In this document: positions 47,237-59,433 of the stretch, in pieces | How the letters are laid out: each line of letters opens with the position of its first letter | Numbering within the stretch: the stretch's first letter is position 1 | DNA from: a virus | Lineage: Duplodnaviria > Caudoviricetes | Virus record (IMG/VR): IMGVR_UViG_3300033120_000579 | Coordinates: 1 to 64,000 of that record | Length of the DNA stretch: 64,000 bases | Reading direction: 5' to 3' (one strand) | Position numbers and translations under genes: made by a program | Notes under the pieces: model-generated | The model's input: only the letters and a program-made list of their open reading frames with translations | What the model was told of the DNA's origin: nothing | Database searches by the model: none

Positions 47237-50200
47237 TATTTACATTTTTTAATATACTCTTTAACATATTCTTCTCCAAATTCTCGAATCATATCATTAA
47301 ATTGTTCTTCATTAATATTACTTTCTTCCATTACTTCTTTATTTTGAATCCATAATTTATCTTCTAATTCAGATTCTTTTTTAACAATAACATTCTCTCT
47401 ATAAAATATATCTCTAGGATAAATAGCTTCATTATTAAAAAACTCTAATTGTTGTTTATTCATAATTCCAGCAATACCTTTAGTAGGTTCTCTAAGATTA
47501 ATACCTTCTATATCAAAGTTAATAATTCTATTACCTTTCTTATCTTTTACATTAAGATTTTTAATATCAGTGTATTCACCATTAATATTAGGAATGAATC
47601 TAGTATAAATTCCTTGATAGTTTGAATTATATCCAATTAATTTATAATAAATTGGTGGTAAACCTTGATCATTCTTTTTAATTCTAAAATAACTTACTTT
47701 ACCAGGTTTCTTAACCAAGAATCCATTCAAATTTCTTAATTCTTTTTGAATTTGACCATCTGTAATATTTTTAACAAACTTAGTATCTTCTAAATTAGAT
47801 AAAAAGAATTGATCTATAAAATTATCATCATTAAATTCTTCATAACCATCATATTTAAATGATGTATCAATTATATATCTATTGATATTATTTCTATTAA
47901 ACCATTGTGTAGGAATCATAGTAAAGAATTGACTCATATGATTATTAAATCCAGATGTTAAATATGAATATTTAATAAGTTTATTAGCAAATTCTTCATG
48001 ATCATTTAATAAATCTAAAAATGAATTAGTCATACTATCTTCAAATTCTTTAGATTTTTTTCTATTATTTAAACCTACAAATTGTAGAATATCACCTTGT
48101 TTAATAGTCATTTGATCTATAATAGAATATAAACCTTCATTATCTTCTTTAAATAATTCAAATTCTTTAACAAAATTTAAAGTTAAATCTCTTCTTTCTT
48201 GATTAGTCATTTTAAGTGGTTGAAAACCTGACATAATATAACTATAAAAAGTTTTATCTAATTGTTTACTTAAATTTTGATCTAATAATACTTCATTATT
48301 AACATTATGTGATATTTCATTAAAAGTATCTTGAATAGTGTCATTAGCAATTAAGAATAATTTAGGATTAGCTTTAACTATTTGTTCAGGTTTAATAATT
48401 ATATTTTTATAATATTTACTAAACATACTTTCAGAACCATTTGGATTTGTAAATTTAGAACTAAACCCTAATATAATATTTTTCTTAAATTTAATTTTAT
48501 CTTCATAAGATAAATTATTATATTTTTCTTCGGCATCTAATATAGAATCTACAGCATTTTTAGATATAATTAATGAATTAACACTACCTCCAATACCATT
48601 TACCATAAATTTAGATGCATCAATATTAGTTTTAATTGCTTTAGATGCGGATTGATATTCTAAAAAAGTATTAAATACATCCATTTGAAATTTATCATCA
48701 ATATCCAATATATTACTTCTTAATGTATTTAAATTTTTATTAAAAATATTACCTTTAAAATAATTTTTATATTCTTCTTGACCAAATCTTTGTTTAATAA
48801 AAGCTTCCATAGTACTAAGACCTTGATTTTGAGAACTTTCATATTGTTCAGAAAATTCTACATATTCTTTAATAACTGGCTGTGCTAAGAAAGCATTTAC
48901 ATAAAATGGATGTACACCTTTACGAAGTAACAAATTACCTGTATTAGTTGTCATAGTAACCCAATTACCTTCTGTGATATATGGATCTTTAGCTATATCT
49001 ACAAATGCATTAAGAATTGCAGATAATGAATGTCCAATTTTAATAGATTTTAATTTATTAACTTCTTCTTTACTAAGATTTAATTCTTTAGCATAATAAT
49101 CTAAATCAGATTGAGATAATTCTTGTGAATATTCCATATCTAACTTATCATTACTTCTAGGAACTTCAAAATTAGTTATATTTAAATCAGCTAAACTTCC
49201 TAATACATAATCCATTAATGAGTTAGCTTGTTGTCCTACACCAGCTTTACCCGCTAAGAAACTATATTTAACATCTATATCTTTTAATTGATTAAATGTA
49301 GATAAATTAGTTGTAGGTGCTACTTTAGAAATACTTCTAATATCATTTTTAATATAATCAAAATCTACAGGTGTCATTACTTCACCAATAACATTTTCAT
49401 TTAATAAAACAGATTTATATAACTCTATTAATCTATTTTGTAAAGCTTCTTTAGTTTGTTCTGATTCAGGTTTAGAATTATCATAATTTTGATAAACTAA
49501 TTTATTATTTTCAACTTTATAAGCTGGAAACATTAGATACATTTTATCAATATCATAATCAGACCCTGTTTTAGTAGTAATACCTGTATAAGCTACAACA
49601 GTATCACCAGTTTCTTCTGGTAATATTCCAACTATTTCTAAAGCATCATTAGAAGATAATCCTTGATTAGGAATTCTATATCCAATAATATTTTCTAATA
49701 TTCTTTTATCAATTACTTCATTAAATAATTGTTCTGCTGTATATTTTTTATAATCTGGAATATATTTAGCTATAAAACTACCTGATAATAATATACCACC
49801 AGGTCTAATTACTTTTTTACCATTTTCAGATAATATAAATTCACCATTTTCATCTTTAAGAAATTGTGGCTCATGAGTAGTAGATAGCGCTCTAGGACTC
49901 CATATAACACCTTGTTTATTAGCATTTTCTTTATTAAGTCCAAAGTTACTCATTTGAATAAATGACCCACCATTAGTCTTAATTTTAAGAATTCTTTTAG
50001 TTAAGATAGAACTGAATATATTTTGTAATTTATCTTTAGCTTGAGCTACTCCATAAATACTAATTTCAGATTCTAAAGCATCAATAACATTTTGTGAACC
50101 ACCTCTAGATTTTAATTCAGATATAATAGAATTATAAAATCCTTCAATATTAGTTATAGTTCCATCTTCAGTAACTCCAAATTCTTTTAATACTGATTCA

Positions 50201-53200
50201 TAACCTAAGTTTGATAATTCACCAATCACATTAGCAATATTTCCAATCATTTGATTACCTGAAACTTCTTCATTATTTAAAATAAATTCTTTATCTAAAT
50301 TAAAAGCAAGACCTTGAAATATATTCTTTTGAATTTGAGAACCTACTTCAGTATCATGCATTCCTTTAACAGGTAAATCTTGTTGAAGTTTCCATCCATT
50401 AGAAGGAATTGTAAATGGTTTAAATTCAAAATTATCTAAAAGTTGACCATTATCATTATGAATCTTAGTTGGTTGATTAGAGCCTACTTTAATTGCATCA
50501 AATGTAACTAACTCATCAACTTCTTGAGCAATCATTTGATCATATATTTTTTCAAGTTCATTACCTTTACGTAGTTTAGGTGATAAAACAGCTTGTGAAT
50601 ATTTAAGAAATATTGGAATTCCATCTACAACTTGAAAGTAAACACCTTTTAATGGTGGAGCTACAGCTTTTAACTCTTCTACAGTAAATGGTTCATTATT
50701 ATTACCAAGTAATTTTTCATATACAGAATCATAAATATTATTCCATTTACCAATAGATTGTACTAAAGTTTTCCATCTAGTTGGAGTAATCCAAGCTTGT
50801 GCATCTGCAGAATTAATATTTTTATATTTATTAGCTAAATCTTCACCTAATAATTCAACTAATTCTGGTAAAAAAGGTGAAGCTATCTCAACACTTTCAA
50901 TTGAAGCAATTGTATAATCTTTATTAATATTATCTAATCTTTGATATAATCCATCTGTATATGTAGCAGGTACTCTTTTTTTATAATCTATTGCATTTTT
51001 ATAATATGCAACATCTCCTGCAAACATTTTAGAATATTCAACATGAGATATTAATGAATTTATAAAGAAATCTGCAGAAGCTTTTAATGCATTATCAGAT
51101 TTATAAGACTCCCATATTTTAGTATCCAGTTCTTTATTAACAATACCTTCTGAAGTTTCTTCAAATATTTTATTCTTAATTAAGTTATCTAAAGTTTCTT
51201 GAATACCATTTGATAATTCATTACTTATATAAAATTTAATATCTGATTCAAATTGTGAACCTTTTAATGTACTTAAATAAGCATTACCATTAGCATTATA
51301 TATGTTTTTAAAATTTAAATCTGAACCTTTTAAAGTATTGTTAATTTTATCAAATGATAATGATGGAAATAATTGTGATTTAAATGCATGTCCAGCTCCT
51401 AAATGATAATAAGTTCTTAATTTATCACTATTTTTAGGATCATTCATAAACTCACGTTCAAATTTCATTCTTTTGTATTCAACATCAAAATAGTTAAAAA
51501 CTATATCGATAGCTTCATTATTAATAATGATATTATCATTATCTCCATATCTAGCATTAGTAGATAAATTTCTACTAATTGCTAATTCATATTGGGTTCC
51601 TTTATCAGCAGGAGTTGTGGTTCTATAAAAAGATTGAACTCCTTTAGTAAAACCTAATACTTTATTAATTGTATCTGAAATATATTCTTGTTTTGAAATA
51701 GTTTTATTATCTTTACCTTCTCTTGCATTTTCATCCATTTGATAAGTATTAAAAGAATATATTTCTAATTCATTAATACGTTTTTGAGATTCTTTAATTC
51801 TTTCTTGTTCTTGAACAGGTGGTGGTAAAAACTCATTAACTTGATATGTATTATCTAAAGCTAATAAATATTTCATCCAATCAGAACCTTCATTATATTT
51901 AGAAACTTCATAATGTTTTAAAAGAATATTTCTATCTTTTTTCCAAGCTTTAATTGTATTAGATAAATATGAAGGATATGAATAAACCCACTTCTGTTTA
52001 CCTGCGGTAAATACAGAAGCATCAGAACCTTCAGATATATAAAAAGCTTCAGCCTTAGCTAATTGCTTAAATACAGTTTGATCTGATAAAACATTATCAT
52101 AATTCTTATTTTTATTATCAATAATATTTTTAATAAAATAATTTATATCATTAATTGCTTTAGTAAATATAGTTTTAGATAATTCATTATCATTATTAAT
52201 AAGTTTTAAATCATCAATAAAATGTTGGAATCCTTTATTAGTACTTTCAACACCTAGTTTTCTAAGAATATTAACTATATTTTGAACATTATCTAATTGA
52301 TCATATTTAATTTTATTTAATTCAGTTCTAATATTAGTTAACTTATCTCTATTTTCTTTAGAAATAGTATTATCATCTGTAACAAATTTAGATTTGAAAT
52401 TTTTATTCCATTCATTAAAGATATCAGATTCTTTTTTACCAGTTTCAGATATATTAATATTAGTTACTTCTTTAGTACCATCTTCATTATATTTATTAAT
52501 AGTAGTATTATAATTATTAGTATCTAAATTAAATGCTTGACTAAATTCATCTTTAATATTATTACTTAAATCTGATTGAGATAAAATTCTATATAATTCT
52601 TTAAAATAAGGTTTCTTATTTTCAAATTTTAATATTTCAGATTTTAATATTTCAAATTTATCTTCTTGAACAGCATCTTTAATAATTGCAATTTGATTTG
52701 TTAACTGAGGTAATAATGATGCATATATTTCATCAAAAGATTTATATACAGTATCATTTAAGAAATCATCTTGTTGAATAGTATCTTCAATTAAAGATAA
52801 TCTTAATTTAACATTAGCTGAAATATTATTTTTAGTTGTTCTTTCATTTGAAGATATACCAAATCCTGGATCTTTTTCATTCTCATTAATTTCAATTTCA
52901 GATAAATCAATATCTTCAATATCGTTAAATTTTTCAGAATATTTAATCTTATAAGTTTCTAATGAATTAACTACATTTTTTACAATTTCATCTAAATTTT
53001 CATTTAATGCAATTTCTAATAATTCAGCAGTATCTTCAAATAAATAATCACCACTATCTTTAAATATATTAATTCTTTCATTTAATTTATTAACAATACT
53101 ATCTCTAATTGAAATAGTTTTTGTATTCAAATCAATATTTTCAAAATCAATTTTTAGATTATTTTTAAAATAGTTATTAACAAGTACTTTAGTAATACGT

Positions 53201-53556
53201 TCAATTTGTTCATTTGAAAATAAAGATTTTAATGATTTAGTATTTTCAATAATTTCAACTTTATTCTTATCTTTATCTATATAATAATAGTTACCATTCT
53301 TTTCATTCTTAAAAAGTTTAGGTTCACCATTTTCTTCAATACGAGATATTTCTTGTTGATAACTATAATCTACAGATTGCATTAAAGGTTCTATACCATA
53401 ATCATCAACCCAATTACCAAAATTAGTTAAGAAATCAATATCGTTTTTAAAATAGGAATGAAGAGTTATTGCTAACTCCTCATCACCATTATAAGCTTCT
53501 AGTATTGTATTATATAAATTGGATTCTTGTCCATTTACTTCAAATTTACATGCCAT
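47236..53556 (-). CDS. crAss-like virion RNA polymerase
   Basis: 2106 aa; GYRIPNQ and KTGSDYDIDKMY (DxDxD), ADAQAW, VDIAKD; size and motifs as in phi14:2 gp66-type enzymes. Confidence 0.9.
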   Translation of the reverse strand: MACKFEVNGQESNLYNTILEAYNGDEELAITLHSYFKNDIDFLTNFGNWVDDYGIEPLMQSVDYSYQQEISRIEENGEPKLFKNEKNGNYYYIDKDKNKVEIIENTKSLKSLFSNEQIERITKVLVNNYFKNNLKIDFENIDLNTKTISIRDSIVNKLNERINIFKDSGDYLFEDTAELLEIALNENLDEIVKNVVNSLETYKIKYSEKFNDIEDIDLSEIEINENEKDPGFGISSNERTTKNNISANVKLRLSLIEDTIQQDDFLNDTVYKSFDEIYASLLPQLTNQIAIIKDAVQEDKFEILKSEILKFENKKPYFKELYRILSQSDLSNNIKDEFSQAFNLDTNNYNTTINKYNEDGTKEVTNINISETGKKESDIFNEWNKNFKSKFVTDDNTISKENRDKLTNIRTELNKIKYDQLDNVQNIVNILRKLGVESTNKGFQHFIDDLKLINNDNELSKTIFTKAINDINYFIKNIIDNKNKNYDNVLSDQTVFKQLAKAEAFYISEGSDASVFTAGKQKWVYSYPSYLSNTIKAWKKDRNILLKHYEVSKYNEGSDWMKYLLALDNTYQVNEFLPPPVQEQERIKESQKRINELEIYSFNTYQMDENAREGKDNKTISKQEYISDTINKVLGFTKGVQSFYRTTTPADKGTQYELAISRNLSTNARYGDNDNIIINNEAIDIVFNYFDVEYKRMKFEREFMNDPKNSDKLRTYYHLGAGHAFKSQLFPSLSFDKINNTLKGSDLNFKNIYNANGNAYLSTLKGSQFESDIKFYISNELSNGIQETLDNLIKNKIFEETSEGIVNKELDTKIWESYKSDNALKASADFFINSLISHVEYSKMFAGDVAYYKNAIDYKKRVPATYTDGLYQRLDNINKDYTIASIESVEIASPFLPELVELLGEDLANKYKNINSADAQAWITPTRWKTLVQSIGKWNNIYDSVYEKLLGNNNEPFTVEELKAVAPPLKGVYFQVVDGIPIFLKYSQAVLSPKLRKGNELEKIYDQMIAQEVDELVTFDAIKVGSNQPTKIHNDNGQLLDNFEFKPFTIPSNGWKLQQDLPVKGMHDTEVGSQIQKNIFQGLAFNLDKEFILNNEEVSGNQMIGNIANVIGELSNLGYESVLKEFGVTEDGTITNIEGFYNSIISELKSRGGSQNVIDALESEISIYGVAQAKDKLQNIFSSILTKRILKIKTNGGSFIQMSNFGLNKENANKQGVIWSPRALSTTHEPQFLKDENGEFILSENGKKVIRPGGILLSGSFIAKYIPDYKKYTAEQLFNEVIDKRILENIIGYRIPNQGLSSNDALEIVGILPEETGDTVVAYTGITTKTGSDYDIDKMYLMFPAYKVENNKLVYQNYDNSKPESEQTKEALQNRLIELYKSVLLNENVIGEVMTPVDFDYIKNDIRSISKVAPTTNLSTFNQLKDIDVKYSFLAGKAGVGQQANSLMDYVLGSLADLNITNFEVPRSNDKLDMEYSQELSQSDLDYYAKELNLSKEEVNKLKSIKIGHSLSAILNAFVDIAKDPYITEGNWVTMTTNTGNLLLRKGVHPFYVNAFLAQPVIKEYVEFSEQYESSQNQGLSTMEAFIKQRFGQEEYKNYFKGNIFNKNLNTLRSNILDIDDKFQMDVFNTFLEYQSASKAIKTNIDASKFMVNGIGGSVNSLIISKNAVDSILDAEEKYNNLSYEDKIKFKKNIILGFSSKFTNPNGSESMFSKYYKNIIIKPEQIVKANPKLFLIANDTIQDTFNEISHNVNNEVLLDQNLSKQLDKTFYSYIMSGFQPLKMTNQERRDLTLNFVKEFELFKEDNEGLYSIIDQMTIKQGDILQFVGLNNRKKSKEFEDSMTNSFLDLLNDHEEFANKLIKYSYLTSGFNNHMSQFFTMIPTQWFNRNNINRYIIDTSFKYDGYEEFNDDNFIDQFFLSNLEDTKFVKNITDGQIQKELRNLNGFLVKKPGKVSYFRIKKNDQGLPPIYYKLIGYNSNYQGIYTRFIPNINGEYTDIKNLNVKDKKGNRIINFDIEGINLREPTKGIAGIMNKQQLEFFNNEAIYPRDIFYRENVIVKKESELEDKLWIQNKEVMEESNINEEQFNDMIREFGEEYVKEYIKKCK

Positions 53557-53558
53557 AA

Positions 53559-56500
53559 TTATTTACATCTTTTTTTGTATTCTTGAGGATACATTTCTTT
53601 AAACATTTCAAAATCTCTTAATTCTTTTTCAGTAGTTAAAGTTCCCTCTTGTTTCTTTTTAAATAAAACATCCATTCTTCTAAAATCAGTTTGTCTTTCT
53701 TTAGGAGTTCTTTTAGTATCAAAAACTTTATCTTGAGTTTCTTTTATTTCAGTATTTTCCACAGTTCCAGGTATTTCTGACAAAGATAAGAAATTTTCTT
53801 GAGAATTCCTATTATTTTGTTGATTATTTTTAAATCTTTTAATTACTTCAGATAAAGCTTCTTTAGGATAACCTTTTTCATCTACATTATTTCTCCAAAA
53901 TTCTTCCGCTTTTTCTTCTATAGTTTTTTCTTTTTCAAACAAATCATCAAATCCTGTATTATCAGCTTTAACTTCAACACCTGCTTCTGAAACTTTTGGT
54001 TGATTAGCTACTGTAATACCTGTATTTAAATAAATATTAGTATAACCTTGAAATGTTGGTTCATTAACTACTGCATTTGTAGATAATATATTATTATCAA
54101 CTAAATATTTAAGATAATCTGCAGAATTAGATTTAAGATTAGTTTTGGTATTATCTGTTTCAGATTTCATATTAATTTTAATCTGATGTCTTTTTTGGTT
54201 AACTAAAAAATCTGTAATATTTACTTGTGCTAAATCTATAAATTTTGGAGTTGTAAATTGATCTCCATAATATAAGACACCATTTTCAATTCTTATTCTA
54301 GATTTAATATTATCAGATTGATATACTAATAAATCTACAATTTCTTGAAGTTTAATATCATTTTTATTACCACCAATTATATTTAATTCTGCTTCAAAAT
54401 TAACTGTAATTGCTTCTTTCAATTCTTCATTAATTTCAGAAATAGTTGTATCCAATGATTTCTCATTAGTTATAATCTCTTTATAAATTTCATAAAGTAA
54501 ATAAGCTTCACTTTCACTAATCTTTTTAATATTAAGTTTGAGTGGAAAAAGTTTACCATTAGCTTGAGGAATAGTTAAATATATTTCACCTGCAGCATTT
54601 GGTTTAATTTTATCATTGTTAAATTCAAATATTTTATCATTTAATATATTTTGCAATTTACCAAATGAATTAACTACATATAAATTTTCTCTAATATAAT
54701 TTAAATCTTTAACTCCGTCTAATTGAAGAATATTATTATTAGCAAATCTATTTTCATCTACTTTTAATATACCTTTATATTGATCTTGAATTGTAGTTTT
54801 AATATCATTAATATCAATACCTTTAATTAAATTATTAACAATATCAATTCTTAATAACTCTGTAGCAGGATTGATTTCATCTGTAATTCTTCTAGTTTCA
54901 ATTGGAGCTTTAACTTCATTTGTAAATTGTACATTTATAGGTAAATAATCTATTAGTAATTTAGGATTAGAAAAATCTTTATTATTAAATGCATTTAAAG
55001 CTTCTAATACTTTAGGATTTTTACCAGGATTTTGATTAATTTCAAATCCAACTTCCTTACCAGATTTATTAACAGGTTCTCTCTCGTATTCTAAATATAA
55101 AGGAAATTGTTCTGATATAAATTGTAATGGTAATCCAGTATTTCTATCTGTACTAATAACTTTAACACCTAACCCGCTATCTACTTCACTATTTTGAATA
55201 CTATTAAGCTCTTCTACTGTATTATTTTCAGCTTCTTGAGGTATAAGTTCATCTGTAATAACTGAACCTTCTGTAGCTGTTAAACCATCATAAGTAGTTA
55301 CATTATTGAAATCATTATCTTCTTGTGTAGCATCTTCTCTTTCTTGATTATTAATAACTTCTTCAACAGCAATAATTTCAGCTTCTTTTTCATTAGCTTG
55401 TTGTTGAATTATTGTATCTGCTGGAGTATCTGTTTTAGGAAGATTTTGAAGTTCATCTACAGTTGTAGCATTAGTTATAATTTCAGTAGCTTTATTTACA
55501 ATAGCTTCATTTTCAAGACTAGCTTGTTCTCTTAATTTATTATTATCTTTAATATGTTCTGCAAATTGTTTATTTACATCTTCATCGTTCCAAATAGTAC
55601 CATTAATAATTTCTTCTATTTCAGATATTTCTTTTTCTATAGATTCAATTTGATTATTTATTAATTTAACTCTAGGGTCTGTATCAGTTTTTTTAAATTT
55701 ATAAATTTCTTCTGAAACACCTTCAATAAAGTTTTCATTTAATTCTCTAGTTAATTCATTACTACCCAAATCTTTTAATAATTTAGATTTTTGAATATTA
55801 AGTTTTTTAAGTTCTCCTTTTTGAAAATATTCTGAACCTTTAAGATTAATATATAAATCTCCTAACATATTATAATAATCTATAGTATCTTGAGGAGTTG
55901 CATTTGGATTATCAAGATTAATTAAACTTTTACTAAAATCTTTATAAGTATTTAATTGATCTTGCATATATGTAGCTTGTTCAATTATTTTAGTTTTTAA
56001 AGTTTTAGCATCTTCATTATTAACTATTTCTTCAGTTTTTAAAGTTTCATCTAAATATTGTGATAAAGCTTGAATACCTAATTCACCTTTATTAATGAAT
56101 GGAGTTATAAGTTGATTTATTGCTTCATTCTTTAAAGTTTGAATCACTTGTTCATTACCTTCTTGAATAGCTTGATCAAATAATTGACTTTGTTGTTCAG
56201 TATAATTTAAAGCTTTAGCTACATCTCTTACTTTTACAGGATCATATTGAGGTTGATTATTTTTATAAATAATATCACCATTTTGGTCTCTTTTATAAGT
56301 ATCTGTTTCATTAATTCTATTAAAAGAACCAACTTTTTCTTCAGCTAAACTAAGCACATCTTGAGTTTGTTTACGTGTAGCTATATCAGATTTAGCTCCT
56401 TGATAAGCTGACACACCACTACCTAGAAATCCACCTAAAAAGATTGCTTTTTGACCATCTGTAGTATTTAAAGTATCAATATAACTAGAAACTAATTCAG

Positions 56501-57659
56501 GAATGTTAAAATCTTTTAACATATTGTTAGTTAACTGTCCTTTATTAGCTTTATCTGTAAACATTGTTTCAACAGTAGATTGAGTACCTTCTTCTAAAAA
56601 ACCTTCAGAGGCAGTCGCACCTAATATATTCTTAGTTCTATTACTAATTTTACTCATTAATGAAGGAGTATCTTTAACTAATTGACTACCAACGCCTTTA
56701 CCCCAAATCATCTTAGTTTGAATTGCATTTGGAACTAAAAGTATAGCTAGATTAGATACAAATATATCTCTACCTAATCTAGCTTTTTGAATTTGTAATT
56801 CTTCATATTGAGTTTGATCTATTTCACCAGAAGCTAATCTTCTATCTATATCTTTTTGAAAACTATCCATTGCTGAACCAGCTTCTGAACCAGATTCAAA
56901 TAAAGTATTAGCCATTGTCATCGCTCCTAAATCTATATTATTGGCAGTTATACCTAAACTTTCTAAAGTATTAACAGCTCCAGCTAATTTAGATTCACCA
57001 TTTATCATAGATAAACCTTTAGCAGTAGTACCTAATACTTTCTCACCTAAATTAAGACTTTTTAAAGCTGCTCCAGGTGCAAACATAGATGCTATAAAAC
57101 CTATACCGTCAGCACCTTCGGTAGCCCAGAAATCTATAGATGTTATATTATCCATAAGATTTCCTTCTGAAACTGCTTTTTTTACATATACTGGTAATAA
57201 TTCAGTATTGATATTTTCATTTAATTGAGATAAAGATTTAATCCATTGATTATTAAAAGCAGTATCCCAACCCTCACCTTCTTCTGCAAATGGAGCGGCT
57301 AATATACCACCAACAACTCCAGGCATTTTTAATATTTCTGTTACAGCTTTTGTACCAATTCTACCAATACCTGCTCCAATTTTAGCTAAATTAGATTGAG
57401 ATTGTGCTCTATTTTCATTAATAGAACCTATTGGATCTAATTCATCTAATTGAGAATCAAAATTAAATTCTTCATCATATTTAGAATCACCAAACCCAGT
57501 ATTATAGTATAATTTATTAGAATAAACTTTACCTAAATCTGTAAAATTATTAGGTTTATCTAAATTTTGAGCTACACTTCTAAAAGTTTTAGTTTTAGGT
57601 TCTCCAGGAGAACTGTTTATATTTGGACTTGAATTATTTACCAATTGAGCCATAAGCAT
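53559..57659 (-). CDS. Large ejected virion (cargo) protein
   Basis: 1366 aa; Gly/Ala-rich amphipathic N-terminal part with SEGFLEEGTQ; only Cys is penultimate. Confidence 0.75.
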   Translation of the reverse strand: MLMAQLVNNSSPNINSSPGEPKTKTFRSVAQNLDKPNNFTDLGKVYSNKLYYNTGFGDSKYDEEFNFDSQLDELDPIGSINENRAQSQSNLAKIGAGIGRIGTKAVTEILKMPGVVGGILAAPFAEEGEGWDTAFNNQWIKSLSQLNENINTELLPVYVKKAVSEGNLMDNITSIDFWATEGADGIGFIASMFAPGAALKSLNLGEKVLGTTAKGLSMINGESKLAGAVNTLESLGITANNIDLGAMTMANTLFESGSEAGSAMDSFQKDIDRRLASGEIDQTQYEELQIQKARLGRDIFVSNLAILLVPNAIQTKMIWGKGVGSQLVKDTPSLMSKISNRTKNILGATASEGFLEEGTQSTVETMFTDKANKGQLTNNMLKDFNIPELVSSYIDTLNTTDGQKAIFLGGFLGSGVSAYQGAKSDIATRKQTQDVLSLAEEKVGSFNRINETDTYKRDQNGDIIYKNNQPQYDPVKVRDVAKALNYTEQQSQLFDQAIQEGNEQVIQTLKNEAINQLITPFINKGELGIQALSQYLDETLKTEEIVNNEDAKTLKTKIIEQATYMQDQLNTYKDFSKSLINLDNPNATPQDTIDYYNMLGDLYINLKGSEYFQKGELKKLNIQKSKLLKDLGSNELTRELNENFIEGVSEEIYKFKKTDTDPRVKLINNQIESIEKEISEIEEIINGTIWNDEDVNKQFAEHIKDNNKLREQASLENEAIVNKATEIITNATTVDELQNLPKTDTPADTIIQQQANEKEAEIIAVEEVINNQEREDATQEDNDFNNVTTYDGLTATEGSVITDELIPQEAENNTVEELNSIQNSEVDSGLGVKVISTDRNTGLPLQFISEQFPLYLEYEREPVNKSGKEVGFEINQNPGKNPKVLEALNAFNNKDFSNPKLLIDYLPINVQFTNEVKAPIETRRITDEINPATELLRIDIVNNLIKGIDINDIKTTIQDQYKGILKVDENRFANNNILQLDGVKDLNYIRENLYVVNSFGKLQNILNDKIFEFNNDKIKPNAAGEIYLTIPQANGKLFPLKLNIKKISESEAYLLYEIYKEIITNEKSLDTTISEINEELKEAITVNFEAELNIIGGNKNDIKLQEIVDLLVYQSDNIKSRIRIENGVLYYGDQFTTPKFIDLAQVNITDFLVNQKRHQIKINMKSETDNTKTNLKSNSADYLKYLVDNNILSTNAVVNEPTFQGYTNIYLNTGITVANQPKVSEAGVEVKADNTGFDDLFEKEKTIEEKAEEFWRNNVDEKGYPKEALSEVIKRFKNNQQNNRNSQENFLSLSEIPGTVENTEIKETQDKVFDTKRTPKERQTDFRRMDVLFKKKQEGTLTTEKELRDFEMFKEMYPQEYKKRCK
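53781..53811 (-). promoter_or_regulatory. Internal promoter ~225 nt upstream of virion RNAP gene
   Basis: Minus strand TAGGAATTCTCAAGAAAATTTCTTATCTTTG; first 12 nt identical to the 33031 promoter. Confidence 0.6.
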
Positions 57660-59433
57660 TTAATATAAATTCTTGAAATTTTGCATCAGGAAACTCCTGA
57701 TCTACATTTGTACCATCATTATCGATATAAGATAAATTATAACTATTTTTATTTTTATTATATTTAATTTCTACATTTTTTAAACCGTATGCTTCAAATA
57801 AAGGAGATTTGATTTCATGATAAATACCAGGTTGAATGTCTGCAATTTTACTAATTCCACTAATAGTTTCCATAGCTTTAAATTGAGGAGTATTAAAATC
57901 ATCAGCACCTCTACTTACATATACAGTTTTAACTTCACCAGTTTCTTTATCAATTAAAACTCCTGTTCTAGCACCAATATTTTGTTTAGGATTTGTAAAT
58001 TTATTACCAATATTAGATTTAGGTGTCATATCTCCACTATATGTGAAAGTAAAATTACCTAATTCATTTTTATCAATTTTATTACCATCTTCATCTACCA
58101 TATCATAAGCTCCTCTTTGAACACGTTCTAAAATAAGATTACCTGCTTTTTCTTTACTATCTTTACCTGTTAATTCTTTACTTGCAAACAACATTGCTTG
58201 TGGGTTTGTATTAGGATCTACATATCTATTTTGAACAGTTACATCTTTATTATCTTCTAAATATTTAGTCACAGCATTCTGAACTTTTTGACTTTTTAAA
58301 TCTGAACCAAGTTTTTGGGTTCTAGCAATACCTCTAGCTAATTTTAAATATTCTTGAGAATCTAAGGTTTCTTTTTTTGCTTTTTCTTTAAATTGTGCAG
58401 TATTTAAATTTTGTTTAATTCCAGCTCTAGATGCAACAATATCAATTGGTTGATTATCACTATATGAAATATTTCCTTTTAATCTATTTAATAAATCAGA
58501 ATTTTTAGTAATACTAACACCTTCAACATTAACTGCTTCTAAATTTCCTTCTTCTACATCTTTTTTAGTAAAACCTTGAACATTATAATCAGTTTCTCTA
58601 GTATCATCTAATTTATAAGTTTTCATCATACCTAAACCATTATTAATTTCATTAATAATTCTTTTAGGATCAATTCTTTCAAAATTAGCTGAAGCAGTTC
58701 CTTCACCTGTTGAATTAATCCATCTACTAGCCAAATAATCTTGAGCTTCTTTTAGTTGAGGTATATTACTAGTTTCAACAACTCTACCTTTACCATCCAT
58801 TACAACAAGACTACCATTCGGTCCTTCTTGAAAACTAAATCCATTATTTTTCATAATAGTTCTAGTATTTTCTCCAAGTAAAGATTTTACAGTTTTTAAA
58901 TCTTCCTGTAAAATTAACCTTTTAGGTGCACCATAAGGTGTAATATTAGTTATGTTTTTATTTTCATCAAAACCTGTATATTTAGGTTTATGTAATGTTT
59001 CCCAATTATATAAAGCATCTTCTCTAGAAAAACCTTTATTTTTAGTAGCATCTTCTAAATATTCTTTAAAATTATCAGCATAAACTTTTTTAGCTGTATT
59101 AATTTGACCTAATCTACCTGTTGGAGATATAAGATTCTGATATTCTCTATTTAATGCTAAAAATTGTCCTTGTGTATTTGAATTAACACCTTCTCTACTT
59201 AATAATTCAGCTTGAGATGTTAATTTATCTTCTATTTGAGATTTAAGATTTAAAGCTTCATTCATATGTACATCCAACGGATCAACTTTAGCAAGACCCT
59301 GTTTTAATAACTCCTGTTGAGCTATTAATTGATCATGTTTTTGTCTTTGCATTAAAGGTGTATAAAGTATCTCTTGCATTGATAATGGAGAGAATTTTGA
59401 AACACTTCCTGAACTATAACGATTTACTGCCAT
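57634..59433 (-). CDS. Virion cargo protein
   Basis: 599 aa, Cys-free, MAVNRY..F.PLS..E N-terminus, in cargo gene block. Confidence 0.65.
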   Translation of the reverse strand: MAVNRYSSGSVSKFSPLSMQEILYTPLMQRQKHDQLIAQQELLKQGLAKVDPLDVHMNEALNLKSQIEDKLTSQAELLSREGVNSNTQGQFLALNREYQNLISPTGRLGQINTAKKVYADNFKEYLEDATKNKGFSREDALYNWETLHKPKYTGFDENKNITNITPYGAPKRLILQEDLKTVKSLLGENTRTIMKNNGFSFQEGPNGSLVVMDGKGRVVETSNIPQLKEAQDYLASRWINSTGEGTASANFERIDPKRIINEINNGLGMMKTYKLDDTRETDYNVQGFTKKDVEEGNLEAVNVEGVSITKNSDLLNRLKGNISYSDNQPIDIVASRAGIKQNLNTAQFKEKAKKETLDSQEYLKLARGIARTQKLGSDLKSQKVQNAVTKYLEDNKDVTVQNRYVDPNTNPQAMLFASKELTGKDSKEKAGNLILERVQRGAYDMVDEDGNKIDKNELGNFTFTYSGDMTPKSNIGNKFTNPKQNIGARTGVLIDKETGEVKTVYVSRGADDFNTPQFKAMETISGISKIADIQPGIYHEIKSPLFEAYGLKNVEIKYNKNKNSYNLSYIDNDGTNVDQEFPDAKFQEFILNAYGSIGK